Below, piece by piece: positions 9,406-20,633 of a DNA stretch of 64,000 bases; position 1 is the stretch's first letter; each line of letters starts with the position of its first letter. This DNA is from Vulcanimicrobiota bacterium (GTDB lineage: Bacteria; Vulcanimicrobiota; Vulcanimicrobiia; Vulcanimicrobiales; Vulcanimicrobiaceae): NCBI GenBank assembly GCA_963786105.1, contig CAWAXX010000014.1, forward strand, positions 64,001 to 128,000, read 5' to 3'. A model generated the notes under the pieces. It was given only the letters and a program-made list of their open reading frames with translations. It searched no databases and was not told the DNA's origin. Position numbers and translations under genes: made by a program.

Positions 9406-10616
9406 TGTTGACCCTTTCGTTCGAAGGCAGATGCTAGCTCGCGCATTTGAGTGCGCACGTCGTGGCGCGCCGATACGAGATCGTACGCGCGCCCCGCGCG
9501 ATCGCGGGCCGCGTCCGGATTGCGATAGACGTCTGAAAGCGCTGCAGCTAACGCGTCCGGATCGTCCGGCTTCACGAGCAATCCGCAGCGGTCGTCGAGC
9601 AACTCGCCGACGCTGCCCGAATCGGTTGCGACCACCGGCACGCCGAGGGCCATCGCCTCGAGTAGCGCCGAGGGTACGCCTTCCATCATCTTTACACCGG
9701 CCGAGCGGCTCGCCAGCACGACGGCCGAGAACCACCCGAGCCGATACGCGTTGTGCAGCGCGTCGCGGGCGATGAATCCCCCGAAACGCACGGCGTCTCG
9801 AAGTTCCAGAAAATCGACCTCGGCCTCGAGTTCGGCTTGCATCGGTCCGGCGCCATACAACGTGCAGCGAACCGGGACGTTGGAACGGCGCAGTCTCGCC
9901 AGGGCGGCAAAGAGAACCTTATGACCCTTCACGGGAACGAATGCCGCCGGGCAGACGATGCGAAACTCGGCGTCGTTGGCACGCGGCGGCTTCACGCGAT
10001 CGGGCACGACGGTCCCAAGGCGCAACCGGCGAATGCGTCCGTTCAGCGCCGGCATCCTGGCTCGCAGATCGCGTTCTCCGCGGTCCGATATCGCCCGGAC
10101 GAACGAAACGCTACGTTGTTTTACGTCGAACGCGTTGCGTTCGTAAATATCCCATCGGTGGGCCGTCGCGCTCCACAGCGCGTCGCTTGCGAGTGCTGCC
10201 ACCATTGCGACCGTGGAAGGCGTCGACATCCAATACGCGTGGATGTGGTCGAAGCGATGTTCTCTGGCCCACTGCGCCAGCGCCAATGCCTTCACCAGCA
10301 CCGTAGCGTTCTTTGCGAAACCGGGATCGCGCGAGGCCATCAGCTGTCCGATTGCCCCAATCGTGGCGGCCGGCCGTTCGACCACGGTTCGTGCCGCCCG
10401 CCGCAGTAAGCTCGCGTTGACGAGCGGCCACGCGAGAACTTCGACGCCCTCGGGAACGCGATGCCGGGCCGGCTGCCGAGGCGGCCGAACCGGCGCCACC
10501 ACAACGCGATCGAAATACCGCACGAGCTCTTCGAGTTCCGACGTCAAATACGCTTCCTGAGCTCCAAACGGAAAGCGTGAGGTGACGACGATCAAGCGTT
10601 TGGCGCGATGGCTCAC
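9402..10616 (-). CDS. GT4 glycosyltransferase
   Basis: HIHAYW, TAHRWDIY, VPVKGH and EGVPSALLEAMALGVPVVAT motifs. GTG start at 10616. Confidence 0.9.
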   Translation of the reverse strand: MSHRAKRLIVVTSRFPFGAQEAYLTSELEELVRYFDRVVVAPVRPPRQPARHRVPEGVEVLAWPLVNASLLRRAARTVVERPAATIGAIGQLMASRDPGFAKNATVLVKALALAQWAREHRFDHIHAYWMSTPSTVAMVAALASDALWSATAHRWDIYERNAFDVKQRSVSFVRAISDRGERDLRARMPALNGRIRRLRLGTVVPDRVKPPRANDAEFRIVCPAAFVPVKGHKVLFAALARLRRSNVPVRCTLYGAGPMQAELEAEVDFLELRDAVRFGGFIARDALHNAYRLGWFSAVVLASRSAGVKMMEGVPSALLEAMALGVPVVATDSGSVGELLDDRCGLLVKPDDPDALAAALSDVYRNPDAARDRAGRAYDLVSARHDVRTQMRELASAFERKGQQ

Positions 10617-11728
10617 GACTTGGATCCACACAAACGCAGGTACATCGTTCGGTGCGCGTCGGCGGTGCGCTTGATATCGTATGCCTGGCGTGCGTGCCGT
10701 TCGGCGCCCTCGGCAAGCGTGCGGCGGAGACTCGGATTCTCGCGAGCACGCTCGAGCGCTGCGGCAAGCTGTTCCGGCGCAAAGCCGTCGGCGATGAGGC
10801 CGTAGCGTCCGTGGTCGAGCATATCGGAGGCGCCTAGCCACGGTGTCGTGACGATTGGGACCTTTGCAAGCATCGCCTCGATCAACGCCAGCGGCATGCC
10901 TTCGAACCACGAACTCATCAGGAGCACGTCGGCTCCGGGCAAGATCGATGCGACGTCGGTACGGTAGCCGAGAAAGCGGACGCGGCCGGCAATGCCCAAC
11001 TCGGTCGCGAGATCGCGTAGCATGGGTTCGTTTTCGCCCGCACCCACGAACAGCAATACCGACCGCTCGCGCGTCGCCGGAGAGAGCGCGGAAAAAGCTC
11101 GCAGCGCGAGCGCGTGATTCTTTTGATATTCCATTCGCCCGACGAGCGCGATCGCGAACTCGTCGTCGCCGACTGCCAGCCGTTCGCGAGCGAGGGCCCG
11201 GTCTTCGTGGCCGTCGACCATCGTTACGCCATTTTGAATTGCGAGCATCTTGGCTGGCGGCAGGCACTCTTGGCGGCTTAGCGCGGCAACCTGCTCGCTA
11301 AAGAACGTCACGACGCGCGCGGTCATCCGATGAAGGAGCCAATCCGCCGCGCGTTCGAGCCGCGTGCGACGCACGTCGCAGGGGTTGTGCTCGGTGTGAA
11401 CGATGCATCGCGCGCCCGCGAGTAAAGCCGCAAAGCGTCCCCAGTACTTGCCCACGTGGGTGTGAGTGTGCACGATATCCGGTTTGAAGCGCCGTATTTC
11501 GCGCGTCATTTGCCAGATGAAGGCTCGGTCGCGGCGATCTCTGCGGCCGGCGTGTATCAACGGAAAAGTCAACCTTTGCCGCAATTCGGCGGGAGGCTCG
11601 TAAATCGTGAGCAGTGCGGCATCGATGTCCGGCGACGACAAGTGTCCGAGGAGATCGACGATCAGCCGCTCGGCACCGTAACCGCGGATCGACGGTAGGA
11701 TGTGGAGGACGCGCACGGCCGCGGTCAT
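10613..11728 (-). CDS. GT4 glycosyltransferase
   Basis: GAERL, DIVHTH, VGRMEYQKNH and FEGMPLALIEAM motifs. ATG at 11728 overlaps the upstream TGA. The 850-aa fusion in the ORF track is a frameshift artefact. Confidence 0.9.
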   Translation of the reverse strand: MTAAVRVLHILPSIRGYGAERLIVDLLGHLSSPDIDAALLTIYEPPAELRQRLTFPLIHAGRRDRRDRAFIWQMTREIRRFKPDIVHTHTHVGKYWGRFAALLAGARCIVHTEHNPCDVRRTRLERAADWLLHRMTARVVTFFSEQVAALSRQECLPPAKMLAIQNGVTMVDGHEDRALARERLAVGDDEFAIALVGRMEYQKNHALALRAFSALSPATRERSVLLFVGAGENEPMLRDLATELGIAGRVRFLGYRTDVASILPGADVLLMSSWFEGMPLALIEAMLAKVPIVTTPWLGASDMLDHGRYGLIADGFAPEQLAAALERARENPSLRRTLAEGAERHARQAYDIKRTADAHRTMYLRLCGSKS

Positions 11729-13165
11729 GCGGCTCGATGGAAGAGAAATTCGCAGAGCGTTTGGAAGAGCACGGCGACGTCGAGATAGGGCGACCAGTTT
11801 TCGAGATATTGGAGATCGTAGGCGAGACGCTCGCCGGCCGCCGACGTATCGACGTTGCGTTTCATGTGGACGTGCGACCAACCCGTGATTCCCGGTCGCA
11901 CTAAGTGGCGCTGATCGTAACGCGGCAGCGTCGCTCGGAACAGATCGACGAACATGGGCCGCTCGGGACGGGGGCCGACCAGCGACATGTCGCCGCGCAA
12001 CACGTTGAACAGTTGCGGAAGTTCGTCGATGCTGAAACGGCGCAAGAACGCACCGATGCGGGTTTTTCGCGGATCGTTGTCGGTGGCCCATACGGCGCCG
12101 ATCGTGCTCTCCGCGTCTTGCCGCATCGAGCGAAACTTCAGAATTTCGGAAAGCCTTGCCGCCCATGCCGGCTCGCTCTTGCGAATACAAGATCGGCCAG
12201 CCGGAATCGATGACGATGGCGACTGCGGCCGCTAACATGACCGGCGAGAAGAGAATCAGGGCGAAGGTTCCAAACGCGACGTCGATCAACCGCTTAACCA
12301 GCTGAGCACGTGGCGAGCACGCGCGCAAGCGAGCCGGAACGATCAGCACTTGCCGTCCGTCGGTCTGAAGGCTGAGGTCGTAACAGTAACGGATGACCGT
12401 AGGCGGCGCGAAGGCCAACCGAATTCGCTCCGACGCGGCAACCTCGAGAACGTGCGCGAGCAGGTGCGACGGAATCATCTCGGTCAAGATGAGCGCGTCG
12501 CAACCCCACCTGCGCGCGTGGTTGAACCACTCGATGCGTTGGAGTTCCGGATCGCGACTGAGGTCGATCTGGCCGATAGCCTCGCCGATGTCGTCGACGA
12601 CGATGAGTTGGGTCTCCGCATCGTCGGGCAGCTCCAGGCTTTCGAGCACCCGGTCGATGTGGTCGGAGGTTCCGACGAGGCTAACCCTGCGGCGGCTCCT
12701 GAACCATTCGTTGTGCCGGATGCGGTGAAGCATCGCACGGGACGACCCGACCAGTACGATCGAAAACCCCAGCGCGAAGACCAGCGCGATGCGCGAGGTC
12801 GAGATCCCCGGATAGATCGTAAAGAGCACGAGCTGCGGAATCGTTCCCAGCATCAACGCCGCGGTCGTATAGTAGAGCTCGTCTTTCATCGATAAGGCGT
12901 ACGTGCGCCGATACAAACCCAAACGATCGAAAACGATCACCCACAGCGCAACGTACAGAACTTCGGCGATGAGAAGGTGCCCGACGATCCGCGGCGATTG
13001 CCAGTGATGGAAGCCGATCAGAGCGCCGAGACACGAAGCGACGACGAAAAGCGAAACGTCGCTGATCACCAAGATCGCGACCCACCTCGCCGGGAATGCG
13101 CGAGGAGCGCCTCGAGTAATCGATTTCGGTTGGGGAGCCGGGCGCTCGACGATGCGGGTTGCCAT
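11725..13165 (-). CDS. Priming polyprenyl glycosylphosphotransferase (WcaJ/WbaP-like), frameshifted near 12148
   Basis: N-terminal TMs and KRLIDV. Removing one base restores GKAFEILKFRSM...DELPQLFNVLRGDMSLVGPRPERP...PGITGW. Confidence 0.9.
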
Positions 13166-13241
13166 GAATGTTCAAATGATACGCGCCGGAGAGCCGGGCT
13201 CGGAGTGCCGTTAGCACTACGCGGCGTGACTCACGGAGAAA

Positions 13242-13270
13242 AGGACTCAAGTCCCTCCATCGAAGGTCCC
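13242..13270. promoter_or_regulatory. Two DevR/NarL-like boxes in the divergent wcaJ/wzc promoter
   Basis: AGGACTCAAGTCCC (13242-13255) and CCATCGAAGGTCCC (13257-13270; reverse complement GGGACCTTCGATGG). Confidence 0.5.
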
Positions 13271-13330
13271 AAGCTTTGAGCAGTGTCGTCCTTATGGAGC
13301 GGCCTCTTCGCAGCGTACTATTTTAACACG

Positions 13331-15469
13331 ATGCCAAATATAACGCGGTTCGGGGGCCCGGCCTCGTTGACGCAGTACGAAGCGCAACCGGACCGGACCG
13401 ACGACAGACGCGACATTGAACGCCTGTATTCCGCCCTCGTAAAACGTTGGCGCGTGTTTGCCGCGGTGGCCGGTGGATTCGTCGCACTCGTTGCGATCGT
13501 CACTATTTTAACACCGAAATCGTACACGACCACGGTACGAATGCTCGCCGGCCGGTCCGATACGAACGTTGCGACCTCGGATAACAGCACGACCCTTCCG
13601 GTCCTCAACGCCCTGGTGCTGCAGAGCGGGGTGCAGTCGGCCGAAACCTTCGCTGCGCTGGCGCAGCAGCGCGATATCGCGTCGACCGTCATCAAGCAAC
13701 TCAACCTAACGATGACGCCGAAAGAGCTGCTAGGCAGAGTAAGCGTGCGCCCGATCGCTAATACCGCGCTCCTCAACCTCAACGTCAGCGGGAAGACACC
13801 CGACGAGTCCGCGCAGGTCGCCAATGCGTTCTCCGGCGCCTTCGTCGACGAGGAACGCGATTTCGTTCGTTCCGAAGCGGTTTCCGCGATCAGTTACTTG
13901 TCTAAGGAGCTGCCGAGCGCTCGCGATCACATGCGAGCGACCGCTACCCAACTCGCACAATTTCAATCGGCCCACGGTTATATGGACGCGACGTCACACG
14001 AGCAGGACGTGGTATCGCGCGTCGGCACCATCGATCAGCGCATCGACCAGTTGACCGTCGACGCGAGTGAGGCGAAGGCGCTTCTCAACAGCTCATCGAG
14101 CCAAATGGGCGCGCTCTCCAGCACCGTCGACAGCGCCCAGCAAGTGCAGCGCAACCCCGTTTCTTCCGACCTGCGGTCAAAACTCGCCGACGTCGAGACA
14201 CAGCTCGCAACGGCGCAGCAAAAGTATACGCCGGCGCATCCAGCCGTCATTGCGCTTCAGCAACAGCGCGCGGCCATCATCGCGCAAATCGCGGCCCAAC
14301 CGTCGGCCGTCATAAGCGAAACGACGGTGGCGCCCAATCCACTCTATCAGTCGTTGCAGCAGCAAGCGGCGACATATCGGGCGCGCATTCAAGGCGATCA
14401 GGCGCAAGTGCGGTCGCTACGGACGCAGCGGCGCGCCTATCGCGCCGACGTCAAGTCCCTGCCGCAACAAGCCGTGCAATTTGCCGCCATACAAGAGGAA
14501 GCAAAGCGCGCCGCCAACGTCTACAACGCGCTCGAACAAAAGTATAGCGACGCGCTGGTTGCCGGCTCGACGGCGATTAGCGACATCGTCATCGTTCAGC
14601 CCGCCAGCGCCGACGCGGCCATAAAGCGTCCGAGCTTGTCCATGAACCTGGCGATCGCGCTCGCGGTCGGTCTCCTTCTGGGGCTGGCGGTCGTCTACGT
14701 TCTCGACGTGATCGAACGCCGGGCCGCAGGCGCCAACGTCGCGGGTCTCCTGGGACTGCCGGTCGTCGCGCGCATTCCCGAGTTTGAGGTCAAGAATCCG
14801 CGTATGCTCCCGTCGGTCCAGGCGATGACCGTCGAAGCGTTCCTGCATCTCTGCGTGACGCTGCATCACACGAATAGGCGCCGTTTGAGAAGTCTCGCGG
14901 TTCTGAGCGCCCGTCGCGGCGAAGGCAAGTCTACGGTCGCGCTCAACCTCGCCAAGAGTTTATCGACGCTGAACCCGGGCGTTCTGCTGATCGACGCAGA
15001 CCTTCGCCAGCCGACGCTGCACGAAAAAGCCCAATGCCCCAATACCGCCGGTTTGAGCAACGTGCTCGACGGCTCCATGTCGATGCACGAAGCGGTCCAG
15101 CATCTCGCGCCCGGGCTCGACATCCTCACCAGCGGTCCGGATTCACTCGCGCCGGTGCGGCTGCTCAACTCGCAGTTCGAAGCCCTGCTCGGCAAAGCGC
15201 GGATGGCCTACGAGACCGTGATCGTCGACACGCCGGCTCTCTCGGCCGTATCCGACGGCCTGATGGTCGCCGCGCACACCGACGGATCGCTCCTGGTCGT
15301 CGCCGCCAACGGAACCGACGAGAGCGACGCGCGCAAGGCCGTCGATCAGCTCAAACTCTTCGGTATCGATAACGTGCTCGGCGTCGTCGTGAACAAGGAC
15401 GTGGTGACGATCAGCGATTACGACGACTATTTCGTGCGCATGCGCGCGCTGATGGCCGGGGCGGTATGA
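13331..15469 (+). CDS. wzc: Polysaccharide co-polymerase / tyrosine autokinase (Wzc-like)
   Basis: Two TMs flank a coiled-coil. Walker A GEGKST, LLIDADLR, VIVDTP and a C-terminal YDDY. Confidence 0.9.
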   Translation: MPNITRFGGPASLTQYEAQPDRTDDRRDIERLYSALVKRWRVFAAVAGGFVALVAIVTILTPKSYTTTVRMLAGRSDTNVATSDNSTTLPVLNALVLQSGVQSAETFAALAQQRDIASTVIKQLNLTMTPKELLGRVSVRPIANTALLNLNVSGKTPDESAQVANAFSGAFVDEERDFVRSEAVSAISYLSKELPSARDHMRATATQLAQFQSAHGYMDATSHEQDVVSRVGTIDQRIDQLTVDASEAKALLNSSSSQMGALSSTVDSAQQVQRNPVSSDLRSKLADVETQLATAQQKYTPAHPAVIALQQQRAAIIAQIAAQPSAVISETTVAPNPLYQSLQQQAATYRARIQGDQAQVRSLRTQRRAYRADVKSLPQQAVQFAAIQEEAKRAANVYNALEQKYSDALVAGSTAISDIVIVQPASADAAIKRPSLSMNLAIALAVGLLLGLAVVYVLDVIERRAAGANVAGLLGLPVVARIPEFEVKNPRMLPSVQAMTVEAFLHLCVTLHHTNRRRLRSLAVLSARRGEGKSTVALNLAKSLSTLNPGVLLIDADLRQPTLHEKAQCPNTAGLSNVLDGSMSMHEAVQHLAPGLDILTSGPDSLAPVRLLNSQFEALLGKARMAYETVIVDTPALSAVSDGLMVAAHTDGSLLVVAANGTDESDARKAVDQLKLFGIDNVLGVVVNKDVVTISDYDDYFVRMRALMAGAV

Positions 15470-16443
15470 ACGGCGTAACGGTCATCGTACCGGCATACAA
15501 CGAAGGCCCCGAACTTGCCAACGCACTGACGGCGATGGCGACGTATTTCGCATCGCACGGCGGGACGTACGAGTTCTCATACCTCATCGTCGACGACGGT
15601 AGCGACGACCACACTTATGCGGTGGCCGAAGCATTCGCGCGGCGGCAAAGGCGAGTTCGCGTTCTCAGACACGAAGAAAACCGCGGTCTCGGCGCCGCAC
15701 TGCGGACCGCCTTCGATAACGTTTGCACCGACCTCGCGGTCGTCTTGGACGCCGACCTCAGTTATTCGCCGGCGACCGCCATGCAGCTGATCGAGGCTCT
15801 GGCAATCGAGCGCGCCGACATCGCGCTGGCGTCGCCATACGCCCCTGGCGGAAGCGTGCTCAACGTTCCGGTAATGCGCCGACTGCTGAGCCGGGAAGGC
15901 AATCGCTTCTTGTCGCTCGCGACCAACGGACGCTATGCGACCTTGACGTGTATGGTGCGCGCGTACCGCGTGGCGGCTTTGCGCCGTCTGGAGTTTCGCA
16001 GCGACCGAATGGTGGCCATCGCCGAGATGCTGCTATGCGCGCTGCGGCAGAACATGAACGTCGTCGAAGTCCCCGCAACGCTCGAGTGGAGCGAAGCGCG
16101 TCGCAACGGCGGCCGGCGCATCAACGTCGCCCGGATTTCGTCGCAGATCGGGGCGACGGTGCTTCTAGGGTGCCGCTACCGTCCCGCGCTCTGGCTCGCG
16201 CTTCCCGGGCTATTTCCCGGATTGCTGCCGCTGGTGGTCGCCCTGCTGCTCGCTTTTCGCGTAAGCCGCGCCACCTTGGCAATCGGCACTACTGCAACCA
16301 TCGTCGTCCAATACACGAGCCTCGCGCTCTTTACGGGTCAAATTACCGCGTTCATCCGACAAAAGTTTAACCAAAACCGCCGCTACCGATCGAATGGAGT
16401 AAAGAACAATAATGGCCTTAACGTTCCAACCCACACCGCATAG
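15466..16443 (+). CDS. GT2 glycosyltransferase (DPM1/ArnC-like) with C-terminal TMs
   Basis: IVPAYNE, VDDGSDD, NRGLGAA and LDADLSY motifs. Confidence 0.9.
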   Translation: MNGVTVIVPAYNEGPELANALTAMATYFASHGGTYEFSYLIVDDGSDDHTYAVAEAFARRQRRVRVLRHEENRGLGAALRTAFDNVCTDLAVVLDADLSYSPATAMQLIEALAIERADIALASPYAPGGSVLNVPVMRRLLSREGNRFLSLATNGRYATLTCMVRAYRVAALRRLEFRSDRMVAIAEMLLCALRQNMNVVEVPATLEWSEARRNGGRRINVARISSQIGATVLLGCRYRPALWLALPGLFPGLLPLVVALLLAFRVSRATLAIGTTATIVVQYTSLALFTGQITAFIRQKFNQNRRYRSNGVKNNNGLNVPTHTA

Positions 16444-17653
16444 AGCCCTACCGTCCGATCAGGACGCGTCGGGACGGACTCTGGGCGACGAAGAAATTGC
16501 CGCAGTCACCGCCGCCCTCCGAAGCGGAACGCTCACCAGCACGAAAGGCCAGTTCGTTTCGCAGCTCGAGTCGCGATTTGCTTCCATGATGGGTGCAAAA
16601 TACGCGTACGCGTGTTCGTCCGGGACTGCCGCCATCCACTGCGCGATAGCGGCGCTCGATCTCGAACCCGGGGACGAAGTGATTACGACGCCGATTACCG
16701 ACATGGGCGCGCTTTCGCCGATTCTCTATCAGGGGGCGATTCCGGTTTTCGCCGACGTCGATCCGCGCACGTGCAACGTGACCGCCTCGACGATTGCCGA
16801 TCGCATGAGCGATCGAACCAAGGCCATCGTCGTGACCCATTTGTTCGGGAACCCTTGCGAAATGCCGAAGATCGTTGCGCTCGCCAAGGACGCCGGCATC
16901 CCGGTAATCGAGGACTGCGCTCAAGCGTTTCTCTCGAGCTACAACGGACAGTTCGTTGGAACGATCGGCAGCATCGGCTGCTTTAGCCTCCAACAGGGCA
17001 AGCACATCACCACGGGCGAGGGCGGCCTCGTCGTCACCGACGATCCCCAGCTCGCCAGGCGGATGTTCCTGTTCATCAACAAAGCGTGGGGCTACGGCGA
17101 TCAGCAGCCCGATCATTACTTTCTGGCCTTGAACTACCGCATGTCGGAGTTGTGCGGAAGCGTCGCGTGCGCGCAGCTCGACAAGCTTCCGGCCGTCGTC
17201 GCGCGTCGCCGGATGCTCGCCGGAATGCTGACCGAAATGCTGCGCGACGTGCGCGGCATCGTGACCCCGACGATTTTGCGCGGCGCGCAGCACAGCTACT
17301 GGAAGTACTGCATTAGGACGGACGCCTCGCTGCCGAAAGATGCGGTACTCGAGATGGCAAAACACTTGAAGGAGCGCGGCATCGCCTGTGCGCCGCGTTA
17401 CATTCAGAAACCGGCGTTCATGTGCGAGGTCTTTGCTCGCCGTAAGACCTTCGGCAGCAGCGGATATCCGTTTAACCTCGCACGCCCCGAGGCGCTCGAC
17501 TATAACCCGGAAAGCTATCCCGGGACGCTGGCCGCACTCGAGCGCATCCTCGTCGTTCCCTGGAACGACCTCTACGACGAAGACGACGTGCAATACATCG
17601 CTAACGCAATCTCATCGGCCGCCGCCGACCTAACCTGTGAGGTAGCCTCGTGA
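16412..17653 (+). CDS. DegT/DnrJ/EryC1/StrS PLP sugar aminotransferase
   Basis: SSGTAAIH, IEDCAQA, FSLQQGKHITTGEGG and NYRMSEL motifs. Confidence 0.93.
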   Translation: MALTFQPTPHRALPSDQDASGRTLGDEEIAAVTAALRSGTLTSTKGQFVSQLESRFASMMGAKYAYACSSGTAAIHCAIAALDLEPGDEVITTPITDMGALSPILYQGAIPVFADVDPRTCNVTASTIADRMSDRTKAIVVTHLFGNPCEMPKIVALAKDAGIPVIEDCAQAFLSSYNGQFVGTIGSIGCFSLQQGKHITTGEGGLVVTDDPQLARRMFLFINKAWGYGDQQPDHYFLALNYRMSELCGSVACAQLDKLPAVVARRRMLAGMLTEMLRDVRGIVTPTILRGAQHSYWKYCIRTDASLPKDAVLEMAKHLKERGIACAPRYIQKPAFMCEVFARRKTFGSSGYPFNLARPEALDYNPESYPGTLAALERILVVPWNDLYDEDDVQYIANAISSAAADLTCEVAS

Positions 17654-18690
17654 AGAAAAAACGTTTCGCAATCGTCGGCGCCGGTGCGATCGCGCGCGCC
17701 TACGAAACCGCCTTCGCGTCCGTGGAGAACGCCGCCATCGTGGCGGTGTGCGACGTGGAAACCGCGGCAGCCAAGGAATACGCGCGGCGCGTAGGCTGCC
17801 CGGCCTATCCCACGACGCGGCATTTGCTTGCCGGCGCGGAGTTCGATGCGGCGGTCGTGTGTACGCCGCCGGTATCGCACGAAAGCATTACCTGCGAGCT
17901 CCTTCAAAACGGCAAGCACGTACTGTGTGAGAAACCGCTCGCGGTGAGCGTTGCCGCCGCCCAACGCATGGTGGCGACGGCGCGGCGTAGCGGCGCCATT
18001 CTCACGATGGCTTCGAAGTTTCGGTACGCGGCCGACGTCCGTAAGGCGCGGGAGCTGCTGGCGTCGGGCGCCATCGGGGAATTGGTTTTTGCGGAGAACG
18101 CCTTCGCATCGCACGTCGATATGCGCAATCGTTGGAACTCCAACGCCGCGGTGAGCGGCGGAGGCGTGCTCATCGATAACGGCACGCACGCGGTCGACGT
18201 CCTGCGGTATTTCCTGGGCAATCTGTGCGACATTCAGGTCGTCGAAGGGCGCCGCATGCAGGGTCTGGCCGTCGAAGACACCGTGCGGCTATTCGTCCAT
18301 AACGACGACGGCGTCGTGGGGACCTCGGATCTCTCGTGGAGCATCGATAAGGAACTCGAGACCTTCTTGAGACTGTACGGCAGCCTCGGCACGATTCTGG
18401 TCGGATGGAGGGAGTCGCGCTTTCGCCGGCGCGGAGAGAGCGACTGGCACGTTTTCGGGAGCGGCTACGACAAGATTCAGGCGTTTCGCGACCAACTGAA
18501 CAACTTTTGCGACGCGATCGACGGCACCGACCGTCTCGTCGTAACGGCTGAGGACGGGTTAGCCTCGGTCAAAGTGATTCAGGCCGCCTACGCGGCCCTG
18601 GAAAGAGCGCGCTGGGAGCGCATCGGCACGCACCTCGAAGATCTCGAGATCGTTCCGCTGCGGCTCAAGCGCGAGGCGGCGGCGTCGTAG
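17650..18690 (+). CDS. Gfo/Idh/MocA oxidoreductase
   Basis: IVGAGAIA, GKHVLCEKP and GGGVLIDNGTH motifs. Confidence 0.92.
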   Translation: MKKKRFAIVGAGAIARAYETAFASVENAAIVAVCDVETAAAKEYARRVGCPAYPTTRHLLAGAEFDAAVVCTPPVSHESITCELLQNGKHVLCEKPLAVSVAAAQRMVATARRSGAILTMASKFRYAADVRKARELLASGAIGELVFAENAFASHVDMRNRWNSNAAVSGGGVLIDNGTHAVDVLRYFLGNLCDIQVVEGRRMQGLAVEDTVRLFVHNDDGVVGTSDLSWSIDKELETFLRLYGSLGTILVGWRESRFRRRGESDWHVFGSGYDKIQAFRDQLNNFCDAIDGTDRLVVTAEDGLASVKVIQAAYAALERARWERIGTHLEDLEIVPLRLKREAAAS

Positions 18691-18693
18691 CGC

Positions 18694-19305
18694 ATGACCG
18701 TCCACCCTACTGCGAACGTCGAACCGGGCGTCGTCATCGGACGAAACACGGCCGTTTGGGACAACGTCCATATCCGCCACTCCACGCGCATCGGCGCCGA
18801 CTGTATCATCGGTGAGAAGTCCTACATCGCCTACGGCGTCGAAATCGGCGATCTGGTAAAAATAAACGCGTTCGTGTACGTCTGTACCGCGGTAACGATC
18901 GAGCGAGGCGTCATGATCGCGGCGGGCGTCGTATTTACCAACGACCGGTGTCCGCGGGCGACCAATCCACAGTTGGATCGCTTGTTGTCTTCGGATCCCG
19001 ACGAGAAGACGCTGAAAACGTTGGTGTGCGAAGGCGCTACGATCGGCGCTCAGGCGACGATCGGACCCGGTCTGAGAATCGGGCGCTTTGCAATGGTGGG
19101 CATGGGTTCGGTCGTAACGCGCGACGTTCCGGATTTTTGCATCGTTGCGGGTAACCCGGCCAAGCCGGTCGGATTCGCCTGCACCTGTGGGCGCACCCTG
19201 GTACGCCTGACGACTGCAGAGGGCCGCCGCGAACTGCGGTGCCACACGTGCCTTGCCGAATACGTGCTCGAAGGCACGAAAGTCACCGAAGCGGCGCTGA
19301 TCTAA
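18694..19305 (+). CDS. Hexapeptide-repeat N-acetyltransferase (WbpD/WlbB-like)
   Basis: VHPTANVE, VFTND..PR and VAGNPAK motifs, plus a C-terminal CTCG...CHTC knuckle. Confidence 0.9.
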   Translation: MTVHPTANVEPGVVIGRNTAVWDNVHIRHSTRIGADCIIGEKSYIAYGVEIGDLVKINAFVYVCTAVTIERGVMIAAGVVFTNDRCPRATNPQLDRLLSSDPDEKTLKTLVCEGATIGAQATIGPGLRIGRFAMVGMGSVVTRDVPDFCIVAGNPAKPVGFACTCGRTLVRLTTAEGRRELRCHTCLAEYVLEGTKVTEAALI

Positions 19306-20633
19306 TGCGATTCGGAATCGTCGGCGGCGGCTTACTCGGAATGACCCTCGCGTGGGACCTTTCGAAAGCCGGTCACGAAGTAACCATCCTGGAAGGAGCT
19401 CAGCGTTGCGGCGGGCTCGCCGGCCCATGGCAAGTCGGCGACGTCGTCTGGGATCGGCACTACCACGTGACGCTCCAAAGCGATCTCGCCCTGCGAGAGC
19501 TCTTAGACGAGCTCGACCTCGAGCCGGATTTGCAATGGGTCAAGACCGGCACCGGCTTCTTCGTCAATGGAAAGATGCACTCGTTTTCGGGAGCGGCCGA
19601 CTACGCGCGGTTTCCGCCATTGTCGCCGCTGCAAAAGGTGCGCCTGGCGGCGACCATCCTCAAAGCCTCGCGAATCAAAGACTGGCGCCCGCTCGAGCGA
19701 CTCACGGCGGTCGAATGGCTCACGCGGCATTGCGGGAAAACGACCGTCGAGCGCATTTGGCTGCCGCTTCTGCGCGCGAAACTGGGACCGCACGCGACGC
19801 GGGCGTCGGCTGCGTTTATCTGGGCCATCATCGCTCGCATGTATGCCGCGCGCGGAAGCGGACCAAAACGCGAGCTCTTCGGCTACGTTCGAAACGGTTA
19901 CGACCGAACGCTGCGTCGATTCGAAGAGAGGCTCTTGGCGCGGAACGTCAAGATTCGGACGTCGTGCAGGATCGAGCGGATCGAAGCCGCCGCGGACGGC
20001 ATCGCCGTCGTTTCCGCGGGCGAAACGAGCGTGTTCGATCGCGTCGTCGTCACGTTGGCGGCACCGCTGGCCGCACGGTTGTGTCCGGGCCTAACCTCCC
20101 GCGAGCGCGTACTTTGCGAAGGCGTCGAGTACCAGGGGATTATCTGCGCTTCGCTTTTGACCGATGTGCCGCTGACGTCGTATTACATCACCAACATCGC
20201 CGATGCCTCGATTCCGTTCACCGCCGTCATCGAAATGAGTGCTCTGGTGGACCGGAACGAGTTTAAGGGCCAGTCGCTGATCTATCTGCCAAAGTACGTG
20301 TCGTCCGACGACCCCGCATTTTGTATGACCGACGACGAAATCGAGAACGCGTTTCTGTCGGCCTTGGAGCGAATGCACCCCGCGTTTCGCCGCAGCTCCG
20401 TTCGTGCATTTCGAGTCTCTCGAGTGCCGTTCGTTTTCCCGATTCCGACTCTGGGCTACTCGGAACGCCTGCCTCCAATCGAGACGACTATCAAAGGATT
20501 ATTTATGGCGAACAGCGCTCACATCGTCAATGGAACGCTCAACGTTAACGAGACCGTCAAACTCGCTCACAGCTTGGTGCCGTCGTTACTCGCGCAAGTG
20601 CGACCGCTCGACCAGCCCGTGGCGGTCGCATGA
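19305..20633 (+). CDS. FAD-dependent oxidoreductase (amine oxidase/HemY-like fold)
   Basis: GIVGGGLLG, GGLA and WDRHYH motifs. The ATG overlaps the upstream TAA. Confidence 0.88.
   Translation: MRFGIVGGGLLGMTLAWDLSKAGHEVTILEGAQRCGGLAGPWQVGDVVWDRHYHVTLQSDLALRELLDELDLEPDLQWVKTGTGFFVNGKMHSFSGAADYARFPPLSPLQKVRLAATILKASRIKDWRPLERLTAVEWLTRHCGKTTVERIWLPLLRAKLGPHATRASAAFIWAIIARMYAARGSGPKRELFGYVRNGYDRTLRRFEERLLARNVKIRTSCRIERIEAAADGIAVVSAGETSVFDRVVVTLAAPLAARLCPGLTSRERVLCEGVEYQGIICASLLTDVPLTSYYITNIADASIPFTAVIEMSALVDRNEFKGQSLIYLPKYVSSDDPAFCMTDDEIENAFLSALERMHPAFRRSSVRAFRVSRVPFVFPIPTLGYSERLPPIETTIKGLFMANSAHIVNGTLNVNETVKLAHSLVPSLLAQVRPLDQPVAVA

Noticed and set aside
10613..13165. 850-aa sugar transferase-GT4 fusion ORF
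   Set aside because: It results from a single extra base near 12148. The transferase C-terminus lies in another frame and ends in an ATGA overlap with a separate GT4.
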